A DNA stretch of 64,000 nt from a phage. The notes under the pieces were generated by a model, which worked only from the letters and a program-made list of their open reading frames with translations, did no database searches and was not told the DNA's origin. The stretch lies in sequence record PZ534512.1; one strand, given 5' to 3'. Shown piece after piece: positions 20,032 through 31,623 of the stretch. The stretch's first letter is position 1; each line of letters starts with the position of its first letter. Made by a program: the position numbers and the translations under genes.

Positions 20032-20697
20032 TTAATAATAGCCGAAATCTTGAACAGAATCTTTAATTACGATTTGGTCAAATCGTGGAACATGTGAAGG
20101 TTGAGACGCAGGATTCTGTGAGAAAAAGTTTGGCGCGGTTAAATTACCTATCATAGTGTCGCCAGAACGCAACACTCTAGAGTTCGCATTTGCTGTAACA
20201 GTATTTATTGCTCCATCAACATAGTCCTTTCTAGTAAGGTCATTCGCTGCTATAGGAGCAGCTGCATCACTTCTTACTTGACCTGCCGCAGACACAACAC
20301 CTTTTGTATTAATATCACCATTACGTGCATTAATTACAACAGTTCGGGCTGCTGAACCTTGCGATGATTTAAAACCAATACCATTCCACGAAACAATATC
20401 GATATTTGCTACAGCAAAAGTAGCATTATCACCGTTACCTGGATAAACACCGCATGGGTTTGTGTTGTTTACAGCATACGGAACTTGAACTCCACCGTTA
20501 AATGTTACCTTTGATGCATAAGTACCACCATTAGCTTTAGAAACGAAATCGTTATCAGCAGCTTGTGGTTTATTATATTCTGAATATATTTTAAATGATT
20601 TATAGAGTACATCGTCACCGGCTGGATTCAATGGAAAATTTCCTTGATGCCAAATGACAGAGCCTCCGGTTGTTGAACCTACTTTTAAATCAGCCAT
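20032..20697 (-). CDS. 36: long tail fibre distal connector gp36
   Basis: 221 aa, position between 35 and 37. Confidence 0.85.
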   Translation of the reverse strand: MADLKVGSTTGGSVIWHQGNFPLNPAGDDVLYKSFKIYSEYNKPQAADNDFVSKANGGTYASKVTFNGGVQVPYAVNNTNPCGVYPGNGDNATFAVANIDIVSWNGIGFKSSQGSAARTVVINARNGDINTKGVVSAAGQVRSDAAAPIAANDLTRKDYVDGAINTVTANANSRVLRSGDTMIGNLTAPNFFSQNPASQPSHVPRFDQIVIKDSVQDFGYY

Positions 20698-20720
20698 TGT
20701 ATGCCCCTTTATTTTAATAG

Positions 20721-20728
20721 TATTTATA
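20721..20728 (-). promoter_or_regulatory. late promoter TATAAATA for gene 36
   Basis: tatttata on + strand 24 nt upstream of gene 36 start. Confidence 0.5.
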
Positions 20729-20736
20729 AAGAAAAA

Positions 20737-20754
20737 GGGAACCCGAAGGCTCCC
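20737..20754 (-). terminator. UUCG-loop hairpin after gene 35
   Basis: minus-strand RNA gggagccuucggguuccc, 7-bp stem with one G-U. Confidence 0.4.
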
Positions 20755-20759
20755 TCAAT

Positions 20760-21875
20760 TTATACTTCTCTAAATTCTTGCCCAAACACTTTACCAGTTT
20801 TAGATGATGCTTGCGTAGGAAGTACCATTATATCCGGAGGTGAAGCGGATTCACAGATATAATTAACACGAATACCGTTGACGCCAAATTCAGCAGGTTT
20901 TGAAATACCGCCGTTTCTTGATACTTCAGAAAAGCTTAAATTTCTCATGCCACCTTGGCCAGCTTTAGCAGTTCTTTGTGCATATATCGTAAATCCTACA
21001 GCGTTTTCTGGAACAACTACATAATCTTCCTTTAATTCCCATGACCCAGCTTGTCCGGTAAATTCAGCTTGTGTCGAGGAAATATATCCATTTGATGCAT
21101 TATAAAAACGGATAGATATATTTGTAGTTCCAAGAGCAAGTAAATCGGCATCAGCATATAACTGAGCTTTAAGATAAAGAACATCGCCAGGAATTAAATT
21201 ATAATCAGATAATTTACTTATAGTAGCTGAAGTTGGTAGACGCGCAATTTCGTTATTAGTTCCACCAACCGCTGACATGAATTGCTCAACGCTTTCATAC
21301 GTTCTTCTTGGAAACCCGGTAGCTCCGACGTCTTCTAAACTGTCAAATACAACATCTAAAATAGTTTGATAATCATCTGTGCTTTTTCTATTACTTAATT
21401 TAACATGCTCTAATGCAATAGCTCTTTTAGAAGAAGTATAAAAAGCAGCATATGATACGTCGAATCTTGACAATATAGAATCAGATGGAAAAGCAGACGT
21501 TCCGGCGGTTCTTAACCAAGATACTACTTCAGGAGGAAAATTAACCTTTCCACTAGTTAATATAGCGACAATTCGATTATTCGTCAAAGAATTCATGAAA
21601 CTAACAAAAGCAGCTGATGTAGTATCATTTGAAGTCGAAAAAGCATATGACTTACTATCAACTAATGCTCCGGTGGAAGGGTCAAAAACTCTTAAATGAA
21701 GACCTGCGCTAAATGTTTGACTTCCTACAGGATTATCCTGAAATTTAACGTATGGTCCTGCTGTAGAAAGCGGGCAAGAACCCGCTATACTTATTTTGTA
21801 TCTTACTGAATTACTTTCCGATAAAAATGGCGTTTGGACATATCCTTGTCCAAACTCTGCCATAAATTTTTCCAT
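20760..21875 (-). CDS. 35: long tail fibre hinge protein gp35
   Basis: 371 aa, position. Confidence 0.85.
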   Translation of the reverse strand: MEKFMAEFGQGYVQTPFLSESNSVRYKISIAGSCPLSTAGPYVKFQDNPVGSQTFSAGLHLRVFDPSTGALVDSKSYAFSTSNDTTSAAFVSFMNSLTNNRIVAILTSGKVNFPPEVVSWLRTAGTSAFPSDSILSRFDVSYAAFYTSSKRAIALEHVKLSNRKSTDDYQTILDVVFDSLEDVGATGFPRRTYESVEQFMSAVGGTNNEIARLPTSATISKLSDYNLIPGDVLYLKAQLYADADLLALGTTNISIRFYNASNGYISSTQAEFTGQAGSWELKEDYVVVPENAVGFTIYAQRTAKAGQGGMRNLSFSEVSRNGGISKPAEFGVNGIRVNYICESASPPDIMVLPTQASSKTGKVFGQEFREV

Positions 21876-21883
21876 AATACCTC

Positions 21884-24800
21884 TTATTCAACCCATTCAA
21901 ATTTAACCGTTTTATTCACTGGGTCAGGAATAATGCGAACATTACCAATTCGTAAGAAATCACGAATAGTAAGATTACCCATTGTGGCATTATCAGATGG
22001 TAAAGCACCGATATCAGATGGTTGAGGAGGGTTACCTCCATCAAATACCTGAACAAAACTTGACCAAGAGTTTTTGGTTTTCTGCCATGTACGTGTCCAG
22101 CGAGTGGTACGCGCGTCTGGCGTCGTTGGATAAGTAATCCAATCTTGGTAAAGCGAATCAAGTGTGTTACCAAACTGAGTCAGTGTACCAGGAGATTTAA
22201 CTTCTTCGCCACGTTCTAAGTATGGAAGCCCAGTCACTTCATTAGTTTTTTCAACCATTTTAAAATAACCCGGGAACTGGTTATAAGTGGCTGAATCGTT
22301 AATATCAATTGACCAGAATCCTACCGTATCAGATGTTGGCGCACGGGTATATAAATCAGATGTTTTAGTACCCTGAGAACGAATTCTCGAGTTAACAGTT
22401 AAACCGCCTGAATTTATAGTAGCACCTTTGGCAATGATTAAGCTTTCACCAATTGTGACTTGACCGGATTGATTATTAATTGATAATGGACGTAATCCAT
22501 TAAATCCACCGGTCTGATCACCAGATGCAGTAAGCATAAAATATGTACTGCCGCCATCATTCCTGATAAAGAATCCATAATCACCGTTTATTGCTCTGAA
22601 AGCATTTGCAGACTTGCTAATGAATTCACCATTGGCTGTAACTGAACTACCAAATGTTGCTACGCCATTCGCATTCAATGAACCGGAAGCGTTAACATTT
22701 ATTGGCATCACAGTACCATTAATGCTAAACGTAATATTACCAGCTTTATTACGTTGAGAATAAAAGTGATTAGATGTTTCATCACCAACTTCAAATACAG
22801 TAGAACGTGTTGTATCTGAACCGCCGCCAAACTGATTTCCCCAAACTCTGATAGTCATCGTCTGTGCTGGGTTAGTTCCAGTTTGAGGTCCTTTCTCAAA
22901 AATCAGACGAGTTGCCGTTCCAGTATTAGAAATAGTTAATGTACTATTTGCCGAAACTGATCCACCAAACGTAGCAGTACTAGATGATACAAGAGGGGCA
23001 CTCAGATTCGTTTGTTGAGTTAAGGTTAGTGAACCATTAACCGTCTGTGCAATATCCCTACGAATGAACTGAGATGAATCTAGACCATCCAATAAATTAC
23101 TATCTACAGCTTTTGCTTTTAACGGCAAATAATTTGCTAATACACGGTTTAATTCATATGGTGATACCGCATAGCTATTTTTCTCATACAGTTCTAAATC
23201 TTGGGTAGAACCGACTGTATCATTACCAACGAATGTAATTGAACCAGATGAAGTTTTAACAAAACCTCTTATTGCAGTAGTAGCTGCCCAGGTAGGTTCA
23301 CTCTGCACAATCCATTTTAAATTTTTTGGAGATACAGCAGTATTTGCTGATGTTCCAGTCACAGTTTCAGACTGGGTTGCAACTTTAATAACACCTTCCT
23401 GTGCTTCAGTAGATTTAGTACCTAAAAGTTTTTTAGGAGTTATTAAAACATTATCTAATGTTCCTGCAGCAGCTTCGACCTGTGTAGCTACACGAAGTGT
23501 ACCACGCTGTGTCTCATTTGCTTCAAGAATATTAAGGGTATAATGGTCCCAGAGAGTTCCTGATTCAACTAATCCAGATAGAGCAACAACAGAAGTACGA
23601 TCAGTACTATTAAATCTAGTTTTAATTTTTAATGGTGTAGAGATACGAGTATCGTCGACGCCTGCGTCGAATTCAACTTGTGTAGCAATTTCAGCTATAC
23701 CACTTAAACTTTCAGTTGCTCTACGGTCATTTAAAGTTTTAGGAGTGACTGCACGAGTATAATCAGTTCCTGTATTAACTTCACTTTGCGTAGCAATTTC
23801 AATTAAACCAATTCTTCCATCAGTTGATGTCTTTTTATGTAACGTTTCTGGCGTTACAACCGCATTTGCCCATCCTTCTTGGCTTTGTCCAGCAATTACT
23901 TCACTTTCAACTGCTAAAATTACTGCACCTTGCTGCGTTGGAGTAGCTTTATACTGATCCAAAGCTTTTGGCGAAACAACTAAATTATTAGTGTTTTTAT
24001 TATAAACATTCGTACCATTTAATTCACGGCTAGAAGCTGGAGTAGCACCTGCAGTAGATACAAAAGTTACAATACCAGATAATGATTCAGAACCTTGACG
24101 AGCTTGAAGCTTTTTAGGAGTAATGATGGTTGTATCATCAGTACCTGTATTAGTTTCCTGTTGTGTAGCAATTTCTGCGACACCTCTGCGAGTTTCTGTA
24201 GCAGTTCTTTCATTCAGCTTTTTAGGAGTGATGATAAGGTCATCAGCAAAAGAGAATGTGGTGTTCTGATTCACTTGAGCAGTAGTTGCTATTCTTGCGA
24301 TACCTCTACGAGTTTCAGTAGCAGTACGGTTAGCTAATGTTTCTGGAGTAATTGCTAATTCTTTTTGTGGAGAATTTTCTAAATCGACATTAGCTTGAGC
24401 TTGTGTAGCTAAAGCTATTACGCCTAATCTCGCTCTAGTAGAATCATTTAAAGAGTCTACTCTTTCTACGGTTGGAACATTTTGTTGCACAACCCAGTAT
24501 TTTCCATCAGAATCTTCTATATAAGCAAGTTGTAAAACTGGAACATAATTAGTTTCACCGTTAAAAACTAATTCTTGAACTGTAACCCACTCAGCTTCAG
24601 GCGGATACTCTGAACGTTTTGGGAATTGCAGCAATTGAACTGAAGAAGCAATTTTATCTTCACCGGCAGCTTTGATTTTAACTGTTTGTCCTTTTCTCAT
24701 GTAATTCATGGAAATTTTAACAGTATCACCAACAGAAATATTAGTTGGAAGCTGAAGCTCAATTGTTTGAATTGTTCCGTTATTCGCACCAAATACCATA

Positions 24801-25753
24801 ACTTCTTCGTTTGGACGAATGTTTGAATTAGTCGTTATGATACGTAAACGTGCTTTACTGTCCCCGTCAAACAGTCTCCATAATTTTTCGTTATCATCAT
24901 ACATTAAAAAGCCATCAATCGATGTACGGCCTTCAATGGAATGAGTTCCATCTTCTTGTACTGATGTCGTTTCATCGTATGTCGTAACAATTGTATGATA
25001 AAGAGGGTTTAATTTATCCAAATCGACGAAATTAATAATATCGCCGTGATTAGCAAATCTCGGAAGTTTAATATTTATCGGTGCAGCAGAAGTAAATCTA
25101 CGTACGATAAAATCATTTGATTGCGCTTGATAAGTATTCGCTGGTGTTACAATTACAGCTTCTCTACTATAATCAGCAACATACATTTGCCACAGACGAT
25201 TACTAAAAATTAAAACTAGCTGTGACTTTGGATGAGTCATTAGTACTGAACGTACCTGTTCACCTCTAAAGTTTACAATACTTTGCACTGGAGCTACAAT
25301 TAAAACTTGGTTAACTCCAGGTTTTCCTCCAATATCTTGGAGAACGATAGTATCACCATCAATTGGAGAAGACGGTAAAGTAAACGTAATGTCATTTCCA
25401 GCTGCAGTGTTAACCGAAATTGCTTCACCAGATTTTAATTGATATGAACCAGATGAAACCGTAATCCAGTTAGCATCTGTACGTAATGCTCTCCAGCGTC
25501 CGCTATTAAAAGCTCCTGCCGGTTTTGGAATATCATTTATAGCAGCCCAAAAGCGGTTATCATAAATGATTACAAAATCTTTTAAATATCCACGAGTTGG
25601 ATCATATTGTTGAACTGTGTTTTCTTGAATTAGGTAATCAACGTTAACACCGTCAGTTCCTACGGCACGATCAGCTAAAGCTACGTTGATTATTTTATCA
25701 CCACCTGCGTCCAGACCATCTTCTGCTCTGAACTTTCTTTTAATCTCGGCCAT
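21884..25753 (-). CDS. 34: long tail fibre proximal subunit gp34
   Basis: 1289 aa with internal repeats (RTATETRRGIA.IAT... x several). Confidence 0.92.
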   Translation of the reverse strand: MAEIKRKFRAEDGLDAGGDKIINVALADRAVGTDGVNVDYLIQENTVQQYDPTRGYLKDFVIIYDNRFWAAINDIPKPAGAFNSGRWRALRTDANWITVSSGSYQLKSGEAISVNTAAGNDITFTLPSSPIDGDTIVLQDIGGKPGVNQVLIVAPVQSIVNFRGEQVRSVLMTHPKSQLVLIFSNRLWQMYVADYSREAVIVTPANTYQAQSNDFIVRRFTSAAPINIKLPRFANHGDIINFVDLDKLNPLYHTIVTTYDETTSVQEDGTHSIEGRTSIDGFLMYDDNEKLWRLFDGDSKARLRIITTNSNIRPNEEVMVFGANNGTIQTIELQLPTNISVGDTVKISMNYMRKGQTVKIKAAGEDKIASSVQLLQFPKRSEYPPEAEWVTVQELVFNGETNYVPVLQLAYIEDSDGKYWVVQQNVPTVERVDSLNDSTRARLGVIALATQAQANVDLENSPQKELAITPETLANRTATETRRGIARIATTAQVNQNTTFSFADDLIITPKKLNERTATETRRGVAEIATQQETNTGTDDTTIITPKKLQARQGSESLSGIVTFVSTAGATPASSRELNGTNVYNKNTNNLVVSPKALDQYKATPTQQGAVILAVESEVIAGQSQEGWANAVVTPETLHKKTSTDGRIGLIEIATQSEVNTGTDYTRAVTPKTLNDRRATESLSGIAEIATQVEFDAGVDDTRISTPLKIKTRFNSTDRTSVVALSGLVESGTLWDHYTLNILEANETQRGTLRVATQVEAAAGTLDNVLITPKKLLGTKSTEAQEGVIKVATQSETVTGTSANTAVSPKNLKWIVQSEPTWAATTAIRGFVKTSSGSITFVGNDTVGSTQDLELYEKNSYAVSPYELNRVLANYLPLKAKAVDSNLLDGLDSSQFIRRDIAQTVNGSLTLTQQTNLSAPLVSSSTATFGGSVSANSTLTISNTGTATRLIFEKGPQTGTNPAQTMTIRVWGNQFGGGSDTTRSTVFEVGDETSNHFYSQRNKAGNITFSINGTVMPINVNASGSLNANGVATFGSSVTANGEFISKSANAFRAINGDYGFFIRNDGGSTYFMLTASGDQTGGFNGLRPLSINNQSGQVTIGESLIIAKGATINSGGLTVNSRIRSQGTKTSDLYTRAPTSDTVGFWSIDINDSATYNQFPGYFKMVEKTNEVTGLPYLERGEEVKSPGTLTQFGNTLDSLYQDWITYPTTPDARTTRWTRTWQKTKNSWSSFVQVFDGGNPPQPSDIGALPSDNATMGNLTIRDFLRIGNVRIIPDPVNKTVKFEWVE

Positions 25754-25787
25754 TCTCCCGGGCTCCTATTGTGTTTTCAATAATAAG

Positions 25788-25795
25788 TATTTATA
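25788..25795 (-). promoter_or_regulatory. late promoter TATAAATA for gene 34
   Basis: tatttata on + strand about 35 nt upstream of gene 34 ATG. Confidence 0.55.
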
Positions 25796-25798
25796 CTT

Positions 25799-25828
25799 GT
25801 TTACTTTAAGATTTGGATGGTATATAAT
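25799..25828 (+). promoter_or_regulatory. promoter for rnh (GTTTAC -17- TATAAT)
   Basis: gtttac 25799-25804, tataat 25823-25828. Confidence 0.5.
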
Positions 25829-25857
25829 AGAAATCTCACTAATTGAACGAGGTTCAT

Positions 25858-26775
25858 ATGGATTTAGAAATGATGCTGGATGAAGATTACAAAGAAGGAA
25901 TTTGCTTAATTGACTTTAGTCAAATTGCGCTTTCAACTGCTTTAGTAAACTTCCCAGATAAAGAAAAAATTAATTTATCAATGGTTCGTCATTTGATATT
26001 GAACTCAATTAAGTTTAATGTCAAAAAAGCAAAAACGCTTGGATACACTAAAATTGTACTGTGTATTGATAACGCGAAATCTGGATACTGGCGTCGTGAT
26101 TTCGCGTATTATTACAAGAAAAACCGTGGAAAAGCACGAGAAGAATCTACTTGGGACTGGGAAGGTTATTTTGAATCCAGCCATAAAGTTATAGATGAAT
26201 TGAAAGCTTATATGCCATACATTGTTATGGATATTGATAAGTATGAAGCAGATGACCACATTGCTGTTCTTGTTAAAAAGTTCTCTTTAGAAGGGCATAA
26301 GATTTTAATCATTTCATCTGATGGTGACTTTACTCAGCTTCACAAATATCCAAATGTTAAGCAATGGTCACCGATGCACAAGAAATGGGTTAAAATTAAA
26401 AGCGGTTCTGCTGAAATTGATTGTATGACTAAAATTCTTAAGGGTGACAAAAAGGATAACGTTGCTTCAGTTAAAGTACGTTCTGACTTTTGGTTTACCA
26501 GAGTTGAAGGTGAACGAACTCCTTCAATGAAAACTTCAATCGTTGAAGCTATTGCTAATGACCGTGAGCAAGCTAAGGTGCTTCTCACAGAATCTGAATA
26601 TAATCGTTATAAAGAAAATTTAGTTCTAATTGATTTTGATTATATTCCTGATAATATTGCTTCAAACATTGTGAATTACTATAATTCATATAAATTACCA
26701 CCGCGTGGCAAAATTTATTCATATTTTGTAAAAGCGGGTCTTTCTAAATTAACTAATAGCATTAATGAATTTTGA
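25858..26775 (+). CDS. rnh: RNase H (5'-3' exonuclease, FEN-like)
   Basis: 305 aa from ATG 25858 with gaggt RBS (track starts at upstream TTG); MDLEMMLDEDYKEGICLIDFSQ... Confidence 0.9.
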   Translation: MDLEMMLDEDYKEGICLIDFSQIALSTALVNFPDKEKINLSMVRHLILNSIKFNVKKAKTLGYTKIVLCIDNAKSGYWRRDFAYYYKKNRGKAREESTWDWEGYFESSHKVIDELKAYMPYIVMDIDKYEADDHIAVLVKKFSLEGHKILIISSDGDFTQLHKYPNVKQWSPMHKKWVKIKSGSAEIDCMTKILKGDKKDNVASVKVRSDFWFTRVEGERTPSMKTSIVEAIANDREQAKVLLTESEYNRYKENLVLIDFDYIPDNIASNIVNYYNSYKLPPRGKIYSYFVKAGLSKLTNSINEF

Positions 26776-26783
26776 GGTGAATA

Positions 26784-27053
26784 ATGGCTAAAAAAGAAAT
26801 GGTTGAATTTGATGAAGCTATCCATGGCGAAGACTTGGCTAAATTTATTAAAGAAGCATCTGATCATAAACTGAAAATTTCCGGTTATAATGAATTGATT
26901 AAAGATATTCGAATTCGTGCCAAAGATGAACTTGGCGTTGATGGTAAGATGTTTAATCGTCTATTAGCTTTGTATCATAAAGATAACCGTGATGTGTTTG
27001 AAGCTGAAACTGAAGAGGTAGTTGAACTTTATGACACAGTTTTCTCTAAATGA
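26784..27053 (+). CDS. dsbA: dsDNA-binding protein DsbA
   Basis: 89 aa, position between rnh and gene 33. Confidence 0.75.
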   Translation: MAKKEMVEFDEAIHGEDLAKFIKEASDHKLKISGYNELIKDIRIRAKDELGVDGKMFNRLLALYHKDNRDVFEAETEEVVELYDTVFSK

Positions 27054-27369
27054 TATTCGTCCGGTCGATGAGACCGGTCTTTCAGAAAAAGAACTTTCAA
27101 TTAAGAAAGAAAAGGATGAAATAGCAAAGCTTCTTGATCGTCAAGAAAATGGATTTATTATTGAAAAAATGGTAGAAGAGTTTGGAATGAGTTATCTTGA
27201 AGCTACGACAGCATTCTTGGAAGAAAACTCTATTCCTGAAACTCAATTTGCTAAATTTATTCCTTCGGGTATAATTGAAAAAATTCAGTCAGAAGCTATT
27301 GACGAAAATCTTTTACGTCCTTCTGTTGTTCGTTGTGAAAAAACTAATACATTAGATTTTCTACTATGA
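27031..27369 (+). CDS. 33: late transcription accessory protein gp33
   Basis: 112 aa from ATG 27031. Confidence 0.8.
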   Translation: MTQFSLNDIRPVDETGLSEKELSIKKEKDEIAKLLDRQENGFIIEKMVEEFGMSYLEATTAFLEENSIPETQFAKFIPSGIIEKIQSEAIDENLLRPSVVRCEKTNTLDFLL

Positions 27370-28019
27370 TTAAACTCCGCATGCCTGCTGGTGGTGAAAG
27401 ATACATTGATGGTAAATCAGTTTATAAATTATACTTAATGATAAAACAACATATGAATGGAAAGTATGATGTAATTAAGTATAATTGGTGCATGCGGGTG
27501 TCTGATGCCGCTTATCAAAAGCGAAGGGATAAGTATTTTTTCCAGAAGTTATCAGAAAAATATAAATTAAAGGAACTTGCTTTAATCTTTATAAGTAATT
27601 TGGTTGCTAACCAAGATGCTTGGATTGGTGACATCTCTGACGCTGATGCACTTGTGTTTTATCGTGAATATATCGGACGCTTAAAGCAAATTAAATTTAA
27701 GTTTGAAGAAGATATTCGCAACATTTATTATTTTAGTAAAAAAGTTGAAGTTTCTGCTTTTAAAGAAATTTTTGAATATAATCCAAAAGTTCAATCAAGT
27801 TATATTTTTAAACTGCTTCAGTCGAACATAATTTCGTTTGAGACGTTTATCTTGCTTGATTCATTTTTAAATATAATTGATAAACATGATGAACAGACTG
27901 ATAATTTAGTCTGGAATAATTATTCTATAAAGTTAAAGGCTTATAGAAAAATTTTAAATATTGATTCACAGAAAGCTAAAAGTGTTTTCATTGAAACTGT
28001 GAAATCTTGTAAGTATTAA
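27366..28019 (+). CDS. 59: helicase loader gp59
   Basis: 217 aa, immediately upstream of gene 32. Confidence 0.88.
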   Translation: MIKLRMPAGGERYIDGKSVYKLYLMIKQHMNGKYDVIKYNWCMRVSDAAYQKRRDKYFFQKLSEKYKLKELALIFISNLVANQDAWIGDISDADALVFYREYIGRLKQIKFKFEEDIRNIYYFSKKVEVSAFKEIFEYNPKVQSSYIFKLLQSNIISFETFILLDSFLNIIDKHDEQTDNLVWNNYSIKLKAYRKILNIDSQKAKSVFIETVKSCKY

Positions 28020-28027
28020 TTGCTTAT

Positions 28028-28035
28028 TATAAATA
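28028..28035 (+). promoter_or_regulatory. late promoter TATAAATA upstream of gene 32
   Basis: exact tataaata. Confidence 0.5.
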
Positions 28036-28052
28036 GATTATAATTATCTCAC

Positions 28053-28118
28053 TGACCAGCTATGAGGTCATACATCGTCATAGCACCAACTGTTAATTAA
28101 ATTAAAAAGGAAATAAAA
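28053..28118 (+). promoter_or_regulatory. gene 32 translational operator: leader pseudoknot plus A/U-rich unstructured gp32-binding region
   Basis: tgacc-agctatga-ggtca-tacatcg-tcatagc (stem1 tgacc/ggtca, stem2 gctatga/tcatagc) followed by accaactgttaattaaattaaaaaggaaataaaa up to the ATG. Confidence 0.8.
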
Positions 28119-29027
28119 ATGTTTAAACGTAAATCTACTGCTGAACTCGCTGCACAAATGGCTAAACTGGCTGGAAATAAAGGTGGTTTTTCTTCTGAAG
28201 ATAAAGGCGAGTGGAAACTGAAACTCGACAATGCGGGTAACGGTCAAGCAGTAATTCGTTTTCTTCCGTCTAAAAATGATGAACAAGCACCATTCGCAAT
28301 TCTTGTAAATCACGGTTTCAAGAAAAATGGTAAATGGTATATTGAAAACTGTTCATCTACCCACGGTGATTACGATTCTTGCCCAGTATGTCAATACATT
28401 AGTAAAAATGATCTGTACAACACTGACAATAAAGAGTACAGTCTTGTTAAACGTAAAACTTCTTACTGGGCTAACATTCTTGTAGTAAAAGACCCAGCTG
28501 CTCCAGAAAACGAAGGTAAAGTATTTAAATACCGTTTCGGTAAGAAAATCTGGGATAAAATCAATGCAATGATTGCGGTTGATGTTGAAATGGGTGAAAC
28601 TCCAGTTGATGTAACTTGTCCGTGGGAAGGTGCTAACTTTGTACTGAAAGTTAAACAAGTTTCTGGATTTAGTAACTACGACGAATCTAAATTCCTGAAT
28701 CAATCTGCGATTCCAAACATTGATGATGAATCTTTCCAGAAAGAACTGTTCGAACAAATGGTTGACCTTTCTGAAATGACTTCTAAAGATAAATTCAAAT
28801 CATTTGAAGAACTGAATACTAAATTCGGTCAAGTTATGGGAACTGCTGTGATGGGCGGTGCCGCAGCGACTGCTGCTAAGAAAGCTGATAAAGTTGCTGA
28901 TGATTTGGATGCATTCAATGTTGATGACTTCAATACAAAAACTGAAGATGATTTTATTAGCTCAAGCTCTGGCAGTTCATCTAGTGCTGATGACACGGAC
29001 CTGGATGACCTTTTGAATGACCTTTAA
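28119..29027 (+). CDS. 32: single-stranded DNA-binding protein gp32
   Basis: 302 aa, [50 protein letters not shown]..., acidic Ser/Asp-rich C-terminus. Confidence 0.95.
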   Translation: MFKRKSTAELAAQMAKLAGNKGGFSSEDKGEWKLKLDNAGNGQAVIRFLPSKNDEQAPFAILVNHGFKKNGKWYIENCSSTHGDYDSCPVCQYISKNDLYNTDNKEYSLVKRKTSYWANILVVKDPAAPENEGKVFKYRFGKKIWDKINAMIAVDVEMGETPVDVTCPWEGANFVLKVKQVSGFSNYDESKFLNQSAIPNIDDESFQKELFEQMVDLSEMTSKDKFKSFEELNTKFGQVMGTAVMGGAAATAAKKADKVADDLDAFNVDDFNTKTEDDFISSSSGSSSSADDTDLDDLLNDL

Positions 29028-29049
29028 TAGATTATATTATTAATTAATT

Positions 29050-29080
29050 GGGGACCCTAGAGGTCCCCTTTTTTTTATTT
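29050..29080 (+). terminator. intrinsic terminator after gene 32
   Basis: ggggaccctagaggtcccc followed by nine T. Confidence 0.7.
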
Positions 29081-29101
29081 TTAAAATTTTTTCACAAAAC
29101 A

Positions 29102-29132
29102 GTTTACATCCTTGTCCTTCCATGGTACTATA
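29102..29132 (+). promoter_or_regulatory. early promoter
   Basis: cacaaaacagtttacatccttgtccttccatggtactatacaactatc. Confidence 0.5.
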
Positions 29133-29174
29133 CAACTATCGGCAATACTGCTGATGATTAAAGAGGAAAATAAT

Positions 29175-29405
29175 ATGGCTAAAGTTGATATTGACATCGT
29201 TGATTTTGAATATATCGAAGAAATTATTCGTAATCGTTATCCTGAACTTAGCATCACAAGTATTCACGATGATCCCAATTATTGCAATTTTTCTATTGTC
29301 ATTGAAGGTCCTCTTGAAGACCTCACCCGCTTTATGGCTAATGAATACTGTGATGGCATGGATTCTGAAGACGCAGAATTTTACATGGGATTGATTGAAC
29401 AATAA
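29175..29405 (+). CDS. hypothetical protein
   Basis: ATG 29175 after aagaggaaaa RBS; track ORF 29112 over-extended. Confidence 0.55.
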   Translation: MAKVDIDIVDFEYIEEIIRNRYPELSITSIHDDPNYCNFSIVIEGPLEDLTRFMANEYCDGMDSEDAEFYMGLIEQ

Positions 29406-29449
29406 TTATCAAGGGGCTATTACAGCCCCGTTAAAATGAGGAAAACGTA

Positions 29450-29815
29450 ATGTATATCGGCAAAAAGTATGAACTTGTTCCAAGACTTATTGATACATTT
29501 ATTAATTATCGCCCACGTTCTAATTCATCAATAGTTAAAATTATTCAAGAAAATGGAGGATGGTTTGAAGTTAAAGAAGCTTTCTTTGTTGATGGATTTA
29601 GAGTAATAAAACACATTGAATGCGCAAATGGAAAGCATTTTTACTTTAACGTTTGTGAAGACGAATTTCATTGTTTTCGTGAGTATAAAGAACCGACTTC
29701 TGAAGAAGATGAAGTCAAAGACGAGGTTTATGGCGTAACAAAAATTCACTGCATTGTTGACGAAAACAATGTAGATGAAATCATTGAACTTTTGCGAAAA
29801 ACTTTTAAGGCCTAA
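29450..29815 (+). CDS. hypothetical protein
   Basis: 121-aa ORF. Confidence 0.6.
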   Translation: MYIGKKYELVPRLIDTFINYRPRSNSSIVKIIQENGGWFEVKEAFFVDGFRVIKHIECANGKHFYFNVCEDEFHCFREYKEPTSEEDEVKDEVYGVTKIHCIVDENNVDEIIELLRKTFKA

Positions 29816-29816
29816 T

Positions 29817-30071
29817 ATGACTAAAGATGATTTCCTGGATGCGGTAGAAAAAGCTAGTGAGAAATTTGAAGTGATGGGTGTACGGGTCCATAAAGACAGA
29901 AATTACGGGCTCGATATTCAAACGTATTCGTTATGGCTTGTGGGTGAACACAGTCTTGTAACCAGTTTAGTTATGGGTGTCGATACCTATCCTCTATTGG
30001 TTAAGTTCAGAAGTATGGAAAAGGCTACTAAAGAAATGATTAAGCTTGGTAAGTGGCTCGATAAAATTTAA
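29817..30071 (+). CDS. hypothetical protein
   Basis: ATG 29817; 84 aa. Confidence 0.5.
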   Translation: MTKDDFLDAVEKASEKFEVMGVRVHKDRNYGLDIQTYSLWLVGEHSLVTSLVMGVDTYPLLVKFRSMEKATKEMIKLGKWLDKI

Positions 30072-30138
30072 AAATAATTGTTTACAACAGGGTAGTAGTG
30101 TGATACTATTACCCTATCAACTACATGAGGAGAATAAA

Positions 30139-30381
30139 ATGAGATTACAACGTCAGAGCATTAAAGATTCAGAAGTTAGAGGTAAATGGTATTTTAATAT
30201 CATCGGTAAAGATTCTGAGCTTGTTGAAAAAGCTGAACACCTTTTACGTGATATGGGGTGGGAAGATGAATGTGATGGATGTCCTCTTTATGAAGACGGA
30301 GAAAGCGCAGGATTCTGGATTTACCATTCTGACGTCGAGCAGTTTAAAGCCGATTGGAAAATTGTGAAAAAGTCTATTTGA
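30139..30381 (+). CDS. hypothetical protein
   Basis: ATG 30139 after gaggagaataaa RBS and promoter-like sequence 30080-30115. Confidence 0.55.
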   Translation: MRLQRQSIKDSEVRGKWYFNIIGKDSELVEKAEHLLRDMGWEDECDGCPLYEDGESAGFWIYHSDVEQFKADWKIVKKSI

Positions 30382-30390
30382 GGAAATATA

Positions 30391-31211
<821 letters not shown>

Positions 31212-31219
31212 AATAACGC

Positions 31220-31579
31220 GTGGCGGAAAATATGAATTTTAATTATTACCCTATTCTATTAGAAAAAGACGCGAAACAGCCAAAGTGGCAGGGTCCTCAG
31301 TTTATTAAAGGTGTCTATCAATTAGTAGTTCCTAAAGACAAGATTTATAGCAGTTGTTTCACTGAATCCGCTTGCAGTATTTTCGGTAATAGTTCTCCGT
31401 ATTGGAATTTTGACATAAAGCTGGATAGAAATATCGATATTTGGTTGAAAGCTATGGATATTGGTAATATCACGTTTGATGAGAATAATTATCATATTAT
31501 TGGTCGCTTTTCCAAACGCGGTAAAGAATTATATTTCACGCCTGAAATTGAGAGAAAATTTGATGCTAAACCGTATTAA
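31220..31579 (+). CDS. hypothetical protein between frd and td
   Basis: 119-aa ORF (GTG 31220; possible ATG 31232). Confidence 0.5.
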   Translation: MAENMNFNYYPILLEKDAKQPKWQGPQFIKGVYQLVVPKDKIYSSCFTESACSIFGNSSPYWNFDIKLDRNIDIWLKAMDIGNITFDENNYHIIGRFSKRGKELYFTPEIERKFDAKPY

Positions 31580-31623
31580 TTATTAGCTTCATAAAATGTA
31601 TTATAATTTATATAAGGTACTAA

